NCBI RefSeq assembly: GCF_001194135.2
Contig: NC_068990.1
Coordinates: 7,955,997-8,019,996, forward strand
Direction: 5' to 3'
Source: Octopus bimaculoides
Lineage: Eukaryota
Length of the DNA: 64,000 bases
Below, piece after piece: positions 38,822 to 52,827 of this stretch. The notes beneath the pieces are model-generated. The model had not been told where the DNA came from and ran no database searches. It saw only the letters and a program-made list of their open reading frames with translations. The position numbers were made by a program, and so were the translations under genes. The stretch's first letter is position 1, and each line of letters opens with the position of its first letter.

Positions 38822-40844
38822 ACATATTGTCCTTTTTGCTATGTATTTCATACTATGTTTTCTACTGATTCTCTTCCTAATTTATGATGACAATGCGGCT
38901 GTTATATCTATCATGGTTAATACCTATGCAATTGTCTTGCCTTATTGATTCTCAGCAAACTATCTGTGTTGTGTATTCACAGATAAGTTGTAGTCGAAAA
39001 AAAAAAACTATGAGTTTCATTTGTGATAATTCCATCATTTGCATATAAGAAATTAAATGTTTCGATATAGAGTTATTATAAATGGTCTGGCGTAATTTTT
39101 AGAGATTTAGCTGCTACGTTTTGCAGGTTAAACGACCTTGTGTCAGCTTCCTATCAAACCATATTGGCTGGTTCTTCCCAGCTCCTTATATCTGAATCTT
39201 TCTATTTCGTATTTTCAGATATGATGAGTGTTTGCCTCTAGACATAATGTTTTGATGTGACATCATTATAGTTAAATTTCACTTGTCTTTTGGCTTACAA
39301 TGCACAAATCTAGTTTCCAATTCAATGTTAAGGCTTCAAAGATAAGATTAAATCAGAAATCCATATTAGTTTTCTTACTTCAATAGGATAAATCAATGAG
39401 ATGTCAAGATCTTTTGACAAAAATTTAGCTTACAATATTGTGTGATCTCCTTATCGATTACGTATAGATTACTATCTTGCCGAACGTCTTAGTTTGATAA
39501 ACTAAGTTCAAGCAGAACAAACCACACTGAAGCTACGTATTTTTCAACACCCCCGATACCTATGTAAAATATTAATACTAGCATTTACAAGTATTTAACT
39601 AACGCTATAATAAAAAAAAAATTCAGACACACAAGTATCTGGAGATTTATCCAGCATAAATTCATGGCAGCATTTCTCGGTTTCTGTAAAGAAAAACAGT
39701 CTCTGTTTCATTGATATATAAATGAGATGTATTTAGAAAAGGCAAGGTATAAACAAGTTTTAGATGTTTGAAGATACAGCATGTATTGACGTCATATAAT
39801 TTAAACTAATAAGATTTTTGTATTCGTCAAGTTGTCGTATTTTTTTTTTATAAAGTAATGCTCCAAGCACTAGATATTTAACTTCCCTGCTATGCCCTTC
39901 ATTAATTTCATTTCTGTTCCAGAAACAGCATGCAAATTCTAATATAGAGGTATGTGGCATAAAAATATCCTTCTTCGTATCCAATAAGAAAGCTAAATAT
40001 CTTCAGTTTACTAATAGCAGTAGGTTATCTGTAAATATCTCTGGAGATGAACTGCCAATTAGCATCGTAAATGACCTACAGCAGATTTACTTGCAGTCAT
40101 GCACGTTAAGCTAAGAGAAAACTGATAACAGAAAAAAAAATTACAATAAAACTGACCCCTACTTACGAGGCGATATGGATTAAAATGAATTCTCCCTCAC
40201 CGTCATTATAATAAAATGAAAAATACTGCACATTCCCTATATTTGTGCCCTTTGTGCAGTGGAAATATGTTGTTTCTTTAGGTTCTAGAAACTATTCAGG
40301 TAACAGTCTACCAGGCGTTAGTTCGTGTCCGACTTAAATGGTAATTTTTTTTCTCTAAAATGAGTTGAGATGGAATATTGAACTATAAGTCTTTTAAATG
40401 ATTACAAGCAGAAGTAAAACGACTTGGCAAGAAGCAATATAGATATAGCTACAGGGGTTAAGCAATTTAGTAGAGTGTTCATCAGAAAGTGTTGCTGCAG
40501 CAGCGAATTTTCCCAAAATACACTTCTATTTATAGTTAAAACGCTACATGACCTATTTTACTTTACTATTAATTTTATAGTGATCAGAATTCCGTTATGA
40601 CGATTTACTTACAGATTCAATGTATATGTTCAATACCAAGCCAAAAGTTAAATCTCGAGTTCAGATTTTATCTGTTCAACATTTATGTAATATATTCTAC
40701 ACCACTACTTTATTTCCACAACGACGCTGTTGATTCAGACTGGTTTCTCATTCGGAGCTGCCTAATCTAGCGCGCATTTTCACCTCTATTTTTCCCTATC
40801 CGACACTCAGTCTATATAGCTGATTAATATTTTATTCATCCTAA

Positions 40845-41277
40845 GGCGGCGAGCTAGCAGAAACGTTAGCACGCCGGGCGAAATGCTTAGCGGCATTTCG
40901 TCTGCCGTTACGTTCTGACTTCAATTTCTACCGCGGTCGACTTTGCCTTTCATCTTTCGGGGTCGATAAACCAAGAACCAGTTACGCACTGGGGTCGATG
41001 TAATCGACTTAATCCCTTTGTCTGTTCTTCTTTGTTCCTTCTGTTTTTAGCCTCTGGTGGGCAATAACGAAATATGAAACGTAAGCACGCCGAGCGAAAT
41101 ACTTAGCTGCATTTCGTCTCTCTTTACGTTCTGAGTTCAAATTCCGCCATGGTAGACTTAGCCTTTCATCCTTTCGAGGTCGATAAATTAAGTACCAGTT
41201 GCGTACTGGGGTCGATCTAATCGACTGGCTCCCCTCTCCCCAAATTTCGATCTTTGTGCCTAGAGTAGAAAAGAATA
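40845..41277 (+). mobile_element. Two tandem SINE family A copies (40845-41072 full length; 41085-41277 5'-truncated)
   Basis: Both align to the 2786 unit. Confidence 0.85.
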
Positions 41278-42039
41278 TTTTATTCATCTTTTTAATCACT
41301 GAAATATAGATCAGACACTCCTATTGCACAGTACTCTGTGATTATATTAAAGTAAACGATTGTATCTTTAATACAAATATTCATGCTAGCGAACTTACAA
41401 TATTTCTAAGCCTCGAAACAGCAAACAACAGAATTGAAATAGTGTCAGGTGTAGTAATTTATACTCTAATAGCAGGCAAAACATACTTCCATTAGCTAGG
41501 TGAACTTAAGGATTGCGTATTAGGAGAATATCTTGCTCGAGGACATCTAAAATACTTTTGGAATGTTTCAAATCAATAACCGTGACCTGGTAATATAATA
41601 TTTTCCATAATAATATTATCTGAGGTGTGTCATAGTTGTAAGTCAATATTTTCGTTCTATTTTATTCAGTTAATCATATTTGAATATTGCGAATATAATT
41701 ACACGTTAACACGCTGAAATGCTGATACGATATTGATAAATTATAGTATGGATAACAATGATAATAATTAACACTCGTACAGCTATTACTGATGATGACG
41801 ACGGTGATGATGATGATGATGATAATGTAAACGTTAGACTATTAATTTTGAGGGGAGTAGTGATGTCGAATACGTTGGCATCATTTCTAGATTGGTACTT
41901 TATTTTATCGACCTCAAAAAGTTAAAAGAGAATGTTGACCTATGTGAGATTTGATTTTAAAATGAAAAGAAAGTGGAGAAATACGGCATTTTGTCCGATA
42001 TTCTACTAGTTCTGTCAAAATACACTAAAATTCAAACAT

Positions 42040-42230
42040 CAGTAATGTAAAATTGTACTCATCCCAATAATAATTGGGACAGAAGAAACAGCTGTAAGAA
42101 TTTCAAAACGAACGGTTGAAAACATAGGATCGAAATGAATTATTGAACTCTACAGGATACTTGTTTGTTTGGAACAGCAGGAACTATAAGAAAAGTGTTA
42201 GAAAGCTAAGTTTGTAAGACGAAAATCAGT
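42040..42230 (+). mobile_element. R4/Dong-like LINE 3' fragment
   Basis: ...PIIIGTEETAVR...TLQDTCLFGTAGTIRKVLES*. Confidence 0.6.
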
Positions 42231-42287
42231 ATGTAACAAACCAAAACCAACAGAACAATAACTAAATACTGAATGAAAGAAAGATAA

Positions 42288-43348
42288 AAACTAGTAAAGA
42301 GCTCGTAGAGCGCAGACCTCCGCCAAGCAGCTCATTGCCACCCATATCCACGCATGCTAAAAATCGCCCACCATTACCCCCATCTCCTCAGCATCACACA
42401 TTCACACAGCTCATGTCACCATTATAACCACCGAAACTATTTTATCCTCCTCCCATACTTATCTCGACCATCGTCATCATAAACACTGTCTCTGCTTTCA
42501 CCACAATCACCGTCAAAACTACAATCACCACAATCAGTTTCTTTACATAATTGAAAATCCATTATCCGATATTCATGGGATCGAGATTGTTGCAGATGTT
42601 TGATTTTTCTCATTTCGGAGTGCTTTATAACAAAAAAAAAAAAAAAATTGCATCTACAAAGCGGAACAGCTTGAGGATAGAAACCAGGTCTAAACACAAT
42701 ACTCTGAATGTAGTTCTATATAAATCTTTAATGATTTTTTATACTTAAGACCATCAGAAATGTTAAGATATCAGCCTCTACCCACGTTGTTATGGTTTGA
42801 TTAGAAGGTTACAGCATAGATTAGATTACTTAAATAAGTTTCGGCCAAAGTTGACTCAGGCCATGTCTAATTTAATAGCACCACCTGGAAGAGATACACA
42901 GTCAGCTCTGGGGAACCATAACCCATTCAAGGAAAGGGTTATTGTTTTCAGAGACATATCTGAGTGTGGGTGGTTATCTAGGGATCGTTTGAATGCCGTG
43001 AAGTCACGCGAGTAAAATTACTAATAGAAAAACGAAAATAAACTTTGGAAATAGCAACGCCACCATAGGTTACGTAGGGACGATGAACACGTTTTCAAGG
43101 GAGATAATCAAAGAATGTAACATTTAATACTTCATGTAAAGTAAATATAACAAATGAAAAATCTTTCAAGAATCCATAATTATTTCCGGATCACTACCGA
43201 AATTTCATCATCTGGTCCTTGCGTTATTAACAACTTTTTCTGCAAATTTCATCAAATACCGTTCACAACGTTTTGAGTTATTTTGCACAGAGACAGACAA
43301 ACCAACGCCGATGAAAACATAACCTCCTTCCTTGGCGGGGGTAATAAT
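42288..43348 (+). mobile_element. Non-autonomous Helentron-like (HINE/DINE-type) element
   Basis: Sub-terminal inverted repeats acctccgccaag (42316-42327) and cttggcgggggt (43331-43342), a 3' stem-loop acctcc...gggggt, and internal microsatellite-like tracts. Confidence 0.45.
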
Positions 43349-43475
43349 ATTACTGATAAAAACAAACAGCAGCAACGATGATTAAAACAACGCTATCATA
43401 AAAATAACCATGATAAAATAACACAACTACTACTAATACTACTACTACTACTGCTGCTACTGCTGCTGCTGCTGC

Positions 43476-43506
<31 letters not shown>

Positions 43507-43985
43507 GATGAGGATATCTTAAACAATAATATTAACAATAAAAAAGTTCCGGCCGGTGCTTAATAGCATCATGGAGAGTTGTAAAGGTGACCTTCTTCAT
43601 GTCTGAAATAAATTATTTAGACTCTGTAAAAACTATATCAATTTTAATACAATGTTATATAGAGACTATTGGCTAAGTCTTTTATGCATTTAATTGCAAT
43701 TATCATGTTAAATATATTTTTGGAGTAAAATACGTGTGAGTTTGATCTGCATGATGAAGAAAGAAACAGATCGTAATAAACTAAAACAACATAAAATAGA
43801 ACGAATCTAGTAAACACAGCTAAGGCCTACATACTGCACGTATGATTCACGCACACAGAAAATTTACTGTTTAAATTGCATGCACACCCAGTATCTCTCA
43901 AACACATGCAGGAAAAGAGAATTCGTAAAAACACCTAACAGAAATGATAGAGAATGGAATGAATTTTTAAACGAAACAATATTGC

Positions 43986-44185
43986 TTTCAAGCTTTGGAA
44001 TAAGGCCAGAAATTTCGTGGGAGGGACAGGTGAACCTCAGTACTCAACTGGGTGGTACTTACTTTATTGACCCTGAAGGATGAAAGGTAAAGTTGACCTC
44101 GGAGGAATTTGAACTCAAGAACTGAAGACGAACTAAATGCCGCTAAGCATTTTACCCGGCGTGCTAAAGATTCTGCTAGCTCACC
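43986..44185 (-). mobile_element. SINE family A (diverged)
   Basis: Reverse-complement similarity to the 2786 unit. Confidence 0.75.
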
Positions 44186-44479
44186 GATTTTAAACGAAGC
44201 AATATTAAAATAACATATTCTGCTTAAAAATAAAATAAAACAGCAAACAAGAAATTTAAAGGTTGAGAGGTTTGCGATCGGTATAGAAAAAGACTGCCAT
44301 TCATCAACTATGCTGTCATTTAATATCCACCCTTAGTACAGAAATAACATTATAAGAAACGCGAATATAATAAAAATTATATAGAAGACTACTTTCTTTT
44401 CTTCTAGGTGGAAACTTAGATTCGGCTTCTCCAGACCTGCAATCTCTCCAACATGCATTAACCGTCTTTTTTCTTCTGC

Positions 44480-44790
44480 TCTTTTCTAGAATAACCGGCC
44501 CAGATCTGAAGAACTAAAACGGAAAGTAAAGCCAAAATCTGCCAAAATAAAGAAATACAAAGAACGGAAGACAAAACGGTATAATTAAAATCCACTTTTT
44601 CAATCAAACTGGAAACATGTATTGGATATTCTAGAAGAAAATGAAAGAAAGAATAACATAAAACCGAATGCAAAAGTGAGAAAGCTATTTGGGGGAGAAT
44701 TTCGTAAGAATATCCAAATAGAGTACCAAATACAAGCCCAATGAATAAAGCAAGTGGAGAATTAAAGTGAAAATGTTGAGACACGCAAAA
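44480..44790 (+). mobile_element. R4/Dong-like LINE fragment, upstream of RT
   Basis: NWKHVLDILEENERKNNIKPNAKVRKLFGGEF..QAQ*IKQVE resembles the pre-RT region of this LINE type. Confidence 0.5.
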
Positions 44791-44843
44791 ATGTCCACCT
44801 CCTTCTCCTTCTATTCCTCCTTCTTATCACTACCACCACCACC

Positions 44844-44877
<34 letters not shown>

Positions 44878-44884
44878 TCCTCAG

Positions 44885-44916
<32 letters not shown>

Positions 44917-45348
44917 CTATTATGGCTATTATATCAAGAAAAATGTCAGCTTTACTTTGTAACGGAAAGTGCCAGCTGCCTCCAGCCAGCAGAAAAATGT
45001 GCCACATGTTTACTGATTATGCTTCAAAAACCCGAAGAGGGCTCTTCTAATTCCAAGCAAAGATGATGTTTGCAGGTGTTCGAATCTATCTGAGCACTCG
45101 TTCCCATCCAGTCGAGCACTGGTACGCCATTTGCATCTACAGAAATACTTCTGTATTAAAACTCCATAACCATCATGTTTACTTGTTTCACCTTTATCTT
45201 GCAGTATGGCTAGTAGTTGCTGGACCACGACCTGACCCACCCTGCTGCAAAATGGGACACTTACCGAGGGCGTCACATTAGAATTAGCTGTTTTATGTGA
45301 AATTTTCATTCATGAGGTCACCACCAATCGATTGGTGTTGTTCTTGTT

Positions 45349-45404
<56 letters not shown>

Positions 45405-46660
45405 TTTCTCTTTATTTGTTGGAACTCCTGGAGTCTTGCATGCATAGGGGCTTATTATCTACAACCTTACGGTACCATGCTATTCGTTCTTTTCAGCTAT
45501 CTAATAGATTCCTGATCATTCTGTTCGTGCCAAGACGGCAAACCTTTTGTAACAGTTCTACTGGGCACTCTATTCCAATTTCCTTCATATTCTTTTTGAT
45601 GCATTCTGAGACTGTCCCCAGGGATCCAACAATAATTGGCATTATCTTCACCATAGCCGAGTTATTTTGTACTTAAGGGGGTTGTATCTCTCTATCCATC
45701 TTTTCGCCTTCCTACTTGACTATTCGTTGACCAAAGGGGCATGCAACTTCAACTATGTAGCATATGTGGCATTCCTTGTCCACCACCACTAGGTTCGTCC
45801 TGTTATACTCTAACACCTGATCTGTTTGGATTGGGAAATCCCAGAGGATTTTTCTAGTCTCCGACTCCGTCACTCTCTGCGGTGTGTACTCATATCACGT
45901 CTTGCCTCTCTCGAGCCCCCACTTTACGCAGTTTCCGAGTTAGCACTTTCACTAACTGGTCCTGTCGTCACAACTTGTAGTAGTTTGGGACAAATCTTGG
46001 GCATTCGTTCGTGATATGAGAAATGGTTTCATCCACTCTGTTGCAGACGCGTCACAGTGGAGACACTTGTTCATTCCTAAGGTTGACCCTCCAGTTCATG
46101 GCGAAAGATTAGTCCTGCGCAGCCAGTATAGTGATCTCGATCTCTTTTATTAGTTTTCTTTTCATTAGCTAATGTCATCTATTTTTTTCAGCAACTTCTG
46201 TTATGGCTGCATGGAATTAATTGTGTAGTACTTTCTTGCATAATTCTTCTTGTCCTTTTTGTACTTTTTCCTTTGTTTCCTTTTATCCTCTGCTCTCAAT
46301 ACTCCCGCATTCCTAATTGTCATTTGCAAGATTTGCTTACTTTGGTTTAGGTATCTTATTAATCTCTTGAGATACGCACGCAGTCTTGTGGATTTATCAG
46401 TCCCATTCCTCCATTTTTCTCTTCATGTGTAGACGATTAGTGGATGATGGGCTCCATGAATCGTTAGGAGATTTCTTGACTTCCTGTCCATCCCCTTTAA
46501 TTCCTCCTCTGTCCACTTCAGCATTCTAACGCCATACCCAACTACTGCGACTGCGCGCGAATTTATTGCCAAAATTATGTTTCTGGCATTTAGCTTTGAA
46601 GTCAATATTTTTCTCACTCACCACAGGCGCTCTCTTTTAATCTTTCCTTTCTCTTTTATG
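45405..46660 (-). mobile_element. R4/Dong-like LINE 3' portion (RT end, zinc finger, RLE), bounded by (AAT)n and (GAT)n
   Basis: ILTSKLNARNIILAINSRAVAVVGYGVRMLKWTEEELKGMDRKSRNLLTIHGAHHP, an RLE region, and terminal PIIVGSLGTV..KVCRLGTNRMIR. Confidence 0.8.
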
Positions 46661-46681
46661 CTTTCCGTCGTGTAGAAAGAA

Positions 46682-46682
46682 A

Positions 46683-46767
<85 letters not shown>

Positions 46768-46768
46768 T
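46682..46768. repeat. (ATT)n array; another at 47110-47165
   Basis: Directly visible. Confidence 0.95.
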
Positions 46769-46789
46769 TGTCAGCAGTGTAATTGGAAA

Positions 46790-47095
46790 ATGCAGGGGAG
46801 TATTTAGTTATCTATCAAGTCTCAACAAAGATCTCAGACAAATGATACATTCCTTAAAACTAGCAAAAGATAATTTTTGCATGACAGCATTCTTGCATGA
46901 TATTCGCAACCGCTTTAAGAAGGCTTAAAGTTTCAATAGAAGTGATCCTAATGCCCCCATCATAAGCTGATAGCACTTTTACATTAACCTCTGTCATTCT
47001 AAACAGTCTTGCCATTTCCAGTTTCAGTTCAAAGTACTTGGTGATCTTTTCGACCCCTTTACTCGCAATATTCATGTAATTTAGTGTGGCTACGT
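46790..47095 (-). mobile_element. R4/Dong-like LINE 3' fragment between two (AAT)n arrays
   Basis: ORF 46860-47075, NIASKGVEKITKYFELKLEMARLFRMTEVNVKV..., matches the EK..KY..L..E..RLW....VKV RLE-terminal motif. Confidence 0.6.
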
Positions 47096-47109
47096 GAATG
47101 ATATACGTC

Positions 47110-47163
<54 letters not shown>

Positions 47164-48199
47164 CGTTGTTGTTATTCTTGTTGTCTTATCAAAGCGTGGT
47201 GTTGGCAGAAACTTTAGATCACGTTTCAATAAAATAAGATTTCAATCTTATTCATTAAACTTTGAAACATTTTCAACAATAGGGTACGAATGCTTACACA
47301 GAAGTTGAAAACTATTGGTTTCAGTTCATTAAAACTAATCAGGATCTGATTCGCGCTGGATTATACAGTGGGTTGGTTGATTACTTGTATAAAAGTCGGA
47401 AAGTTATCTACGTTGTGTTTCAATACCGAGACAGCACTAGAGATACAGTACTAAATTATTAAACCACTGTGTTAGTTGTTTCCATATTTCCCAATATGAA
47501 TCACTGTCCAGAAATTGTCTATAATTTAAGTGCTATTAAACGAACTGAGCATAAAGCTGATCTAGTTATCCGTGTATATCGTTGTATTAAAATTAGTTGT
47601 TTACCGGCATGAAAGCGTGCTATACATTTTAGAACCAACTGCTTCTTATTGAAATTTAAAACCAGGAAATCCATTTGAGCACAAGCTTATTTTTTGGTGG
47701 TGTTGGAGTGAAACAGTAAATGTTTCAACAGTAAATGTTTAAAAGAATACCCTTTCAGCATAAACCTCTGGCTAAATATCATTATCATTTGAAGATTCAA
47801 AACATCGCCTGTGGAAAGTACTAAATATATTATTAAAATATTTGTACGTCAGCAAAATGTAGGATTACGCAAATGCGGTGCGAAAAAATGAGGCACTAGA
47901 AACCATGATAGCAAGCAGGTGGAAGTGCTAACTAGAAATCTGTTTGGTTATTGTTTTACGTTCTGATACCTGGTTAGGGAGTGCATTTACAATCTCGAAG
48001 CGGATGTAGGTATTCTGTATATTTATCACAAGAATAAAGTGCGTATATTCAAGCACGTTCGGCTGAAAAGGCATTCCAGAGAACTTGGGGATTTGATACA
48101 CAATTAGCTTATTCAAATTTCACCTTAGAGGCCTCCAGTATTCGCCAATAACTCTATCCTGAATTTTTTTGTCATAACGATTTCCGTTCAGGAAAGTAG

Positions 48200-49680
48200 A
48201 GAGCATACAATGATCTCATAGCGCCATCAGTAAAATATAGAAATTATTTTTAAAGTCTCAGGCAAATTATATTTGAGTTTTCCCATCCTTTTACGTTCCA
48301 GGTGTTAGAAATTTTCAATATTTTATAGAAATGGAATTTTTACGAAACCATTCAAAAATTGATTGCCTGATGTGTTTCTCTTAGGCAATAATGCGAACGT
48401 ATTGAGTAAAGAATCTGTGTTTCAGTTTCAAATACCTCGAGACTTGTTTACAATATTTACCAGCATATGCACTTAATTTCAACAAATCAATGTATATCAA
48501 CTCCCCTTGAATTATAAATATGCAAAGAAAGAAATTACTCGAAGAAGATGAAGAAAGATTGGAAATGGAGGATGTATAGCTAATTAATAATTTTCTTGTT
48601 TGAAAATGGAAACAGATTTTCATAACGTGGCTTATAATTCAACAATTTGGAGATATAAATGAGATGAACATTTTCTTCAGGTAACCAAGACTTAGAAAGA
48701 AGAAGTGATTGCAATTATAAACTTTATCTGTAACTCGCAACTAAATTGTATTTATGTTGATGCCTCCTGGTGGATTCTGGGCAGTGTCGACTGGAATTTC
48801 TGCCACTCTGTTCTCAAGGATATAGACATCAAATATTTATTTGGACAACTAGTCGTTATAATTGATGCAAGTGTTTGCTACTTGGTCTCTACCTCCAATT
48901 ACGCATTCTCTATGAGAAATCATAATCTTTTCATTATTAACGAAGCTTACATATTTTCAATTCACGTTCGCAGTGGTATGGATACAACAGGTTTTGGAAC
49001 TGCATTTGGAGATATTTACATCATGTTTTATAAGGTCTACCAAAACATACTGCACTACTTGAAATTTATATGAGAAAAACTCTGTCGACTTCTCTAAATA
49101 CATGCGTAAATGCAAGTTAAATCAATGGTAATTATAGTACGTTTGCTTTATTTTGAAGAAGAGATGCTAATGATAAAAGCTACGCTTCTGAATTTGTCGT
49201 CATCAATGCTCCAAATCGGATTGTAATTCAAAAATACTCTTTGCTATAGAACACTGGATAGGTAACAGTGCACTGCGCAATAATACAAGTTTCAAAATTA
49301 TTCTTTCCCACGAGTATACCTCAAATACTGCTTATATGAGATCTTCACATTATCTCAAGGGCCAACACTTCAGAAAAATACAATTTCAAATGAAATTATA
49401 TACTTTAGGATTCTCTTTAAAATTGATTTTTTCCTGTTTAAGGAGTTAAATATTTTGTTGGATTGTGGCTATAAAGAACTGAATTGAAGTCATTATATTG
49501 TCTGTAGCATTGGTGAATTACTTGTGCTTAATTCACCAATACTACATTATTGCCGTCCATATGAGGCAATGCTGAACATTAAAGAAAATAGCTATTTGCT
49601 GTTTCATTTGATGGGCCATATTTCACCCCTGGGATATACAGCAAAAGTATAAATTTTACCGGTTGTCGAAGTACAATCAT
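48200..49680 (+). mobile_element. Highly decayed Helitron (PIF1-like helicase remnant)
   Basis: CIYVDA-PGG via a 1-nt frameshift (48745-48773), AVSTGISATL, LFIINEA, AFGDIYIMF..YQNIL, AMLNIK and DGPYFTPGIY fall in PIF1 motif order. Confidence 0.45.
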
Positions 49681-50887
49681 AAAAATCATTTTAACAAATT
49701 CTATGAGACCGAAATATCTGAGATACATACTAATAATTACTAATATTTCAGTCGATTCAGTTTAGCCGTTCGAAGAAGATATTGGCCATATTGAAAACGG
49801 GGAAAAAAAGTCCAATAAATTGTAACTGATCAGTTTTATATGGACTTCCAATGTGTGTTAAGCCGCAAAAGTCTGTTTGCTGAATAACAAAATAAACAAT
49901 TAAATAAATGAAAAATTGAAAAAGAGACTAAACAAAGCAAGTGACAGTAGATTATTTCAAGTAACTGACGTCCCTTCTATAATTAAGCACGTCATTTTAG
50001 CAATGAAATGGAAATGATAATATTGTAACGAAGCGAGAAACCTTCTCATCACGAGCGCTGTCTGTGTTTTTCTATTTGATTATTGATCTGTTTCTTTTTC
50101 TAGTGTGTGTTGCTCTTTGCCTCTTGCACACAGTTCTTGATGACAGAAAAGAGATTCGCTTTCGAACATTCATAGCGTGCATTGTTAATTGTTGTGAACG
50201 TATTCTCTGAAAAGAGTTGTAACTCATCTTAGAGATTTAAAACCATCAGAAGACTGATATGTTTCATATGGAACAAAAAAGAGGCTCATATTCAAATAGT
50301 TTCTAATATATATATATGTGTANNNNNNNNNNNNNNNNNNNNNNNNNNNNNNNNNNNNNNNNNNNNNNNNNNNNNNNNNNNNNNNNNNNNNNNNNNNNNN
50401 NNNNNNNNNNNNNNNNNNNNNNNNNNNNNNNNNNNNNNNNNNNNNNNNNNNNNNNNNNNNNNNNNNNNNNNNNNNNNNNNNNNNNNNNNNNNNNNNNNNN
50501 NNNNNNNNNNNNNNNNNNNNNNNNNNNNNNNNNNNNNNNNNNNNNNNNNNNNNNNNNNNNNNNNNNNNNNNNNNNNNNNNNNNNNNNNNNNNNNNNNNNN
50601 NNNNNNNNNNNNNNNNNNNNNNNNNNNNNNNNNNNNNNNNNNNNNNNNNNNNNNNNNNNNNNNNNNNNNNNNNNNNNNNNNNNNNNNNNNNNNNNNNNNN
50701 NNNNNNNNNNNNNNNNNNNNNNNNNNNNNNNNNNNNNNNNNNNNNNNNNNNNNNNNNNNNNNNNNNNNNNNNNNNNNNNNNNNNNNNNNNNNNNNNNNNN
50801 NNNNNNNNNNNNNNNNNNNNNNNNNNNNNNNNNNNNNNNNNNNNNNNNNNNNNNNNNNNNNNNNNNNNNNNNNNNNNNNNNNNNNNN

Positions 50888-50919
<32 letters not shown>

Positions 50920-50921
50920 CA

Positions 50922-51078
50922 AGCAACGGGATTCTTTCAGTTTCCGTCTATCAAATCCACTCAAACTTTGGTCGGCCCGAGGCGATAGTAGACGTCACTT
51001 GCTCAAAGTGGAGCGCACTGGGACTGAATCTCTAACCATGTGGTTGTAAAGCAAACATCTTATCACACAAACACGCCC
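50922..51078 (-). mobile_element. SINE family B
   Basis: Homologous to 8692-8845. Confidence 0.8.
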
Positions 51079-51569
51079 AAAGGGAGTCAAATATAGATCG
51101 TATGTCTATCAAATGTTGGTAATGTCGATATATTCTCTTCAATCACTAAAACAAGAAACAAGGCTTCCTGGATTCCTTGCCTTCCGTTACACAATAAGCG
51201 CTTAGGCGTACATACTTATTGAAAAGTACGACTCGTAGTAAAACATCCACGGAAATAAATTAAGTATTCATCGCATTGAAATATTCTTAGTGTGAAAAAG
51301 TAATTGTTGTACGGATATAATTCAGAAATAATTCTACAGGCTGATTCATTGAATCACTGGCGCACGTAAATCATACGGACACATAGCACAAGTATAATAA
51401 CGCAAGTATGCGCATGCACGTACGCACGAACACACGTACACACACAGACACACATGCATATACATACATATATATACATACATATACAAATACATATATC
51501 TATATATATATGCCTACACTTGCGTGTGTATGTGTGTGTGTGTGGACACACATAGTTACATATGTTGTG

Positions 51570-51616
<47 letters not shown>

Positions 51617-52115
51617 ATACACATTTATATACTATATATGTATATACACAACATGTTTGTGTATGTGTGTGAGTGTGTGTGTTTGTGTGTGTATGCATGC
51701 ATACATGTGCGTATTTATTATGTAAGTATGTATGTATGTATGCGTGAGTGCGTGTGTGCATGTGTGCACGTGTGAGTGCGTCTCAGTGTATGTATGTTTA
51801 TGTGTGTTTTTGTACACATGTACATATAAACAAAAGCTATATATATATATATACACGAGAGCACTACATGAACACCTACATCACTGCAAATAGAAGTCAA
51901 AAATATTTCTTGCCACAGAATAGTCACAAATCTACTACAGGCATGGTAGGAATATATTCCAGTTAACATTAAAAATAGTTTACCTCTGCTAAGTCAGCAC
52001 AGGTAATACTGGTCAACTTGTTACCAGTTCCGAAATTAGACTTGAGATTATTCAGTGGCACAGAATTATTTTTTACTTCTATTTTTAGCAATGTATGTGC
52101 TCATGTAGTGCCCTC

Positions 52116-52209
<94 letters not shown>

Positions 52210-52827
52210 ACATATCTTATATTGTATTAATTTGCTTGTACGGCTGATTATTCGCTTGCCACACGTGATGGTATTTTAATAATACCATCCCTCCTTATAT
52301 ATATTTATAAATAATTTTAACTATTTAGTTACTCATTCAATTTTAGTTAATCATTCAGGTATGTATAGATACCTGTACATGTCTTTATGCATGTATGTGC
52401 GCGCGCCTGCGTGTGTACGATATGATATATTAAAAGTGCAGAGATCATTTTAATATATCACATCGTATATTTCATATAACCTCATTCATCTCAGTTGCTC
52501 ACATACCTACTGCTTGTCACTTTCAGTTTTCCCTTTGCTGATTGTAGCTTCCATTATATTATGTGTACACAGACACTTCCCCTCTTAACACAAACAAACC
52601 TATTAATGCCAGAAAAATTTATTGCCATAAAACTACTTCTGAATACACTGGCTGTTGCCAAAATTTTATTATCGGCATTTCTGTCCAATATACTCCACAG
52701 AATTAATACTCCCTGATAACAATACGTTGATATATGGATATTCTGACACTAACTCATCCGCTATGATCAAATTGAAGGATATCGAAATTCGGACGCTTCC
52801 GTTGTAACTTCACATTACCACCTAGAT

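Noticed and set aside
44489-44578. Apparent host exon with a strong acceptor (NNRPRSEELKRK...)
   Set aside because: Contiguous with R4/Dong-like LINE coding remnants, so better explained as TE sequence.
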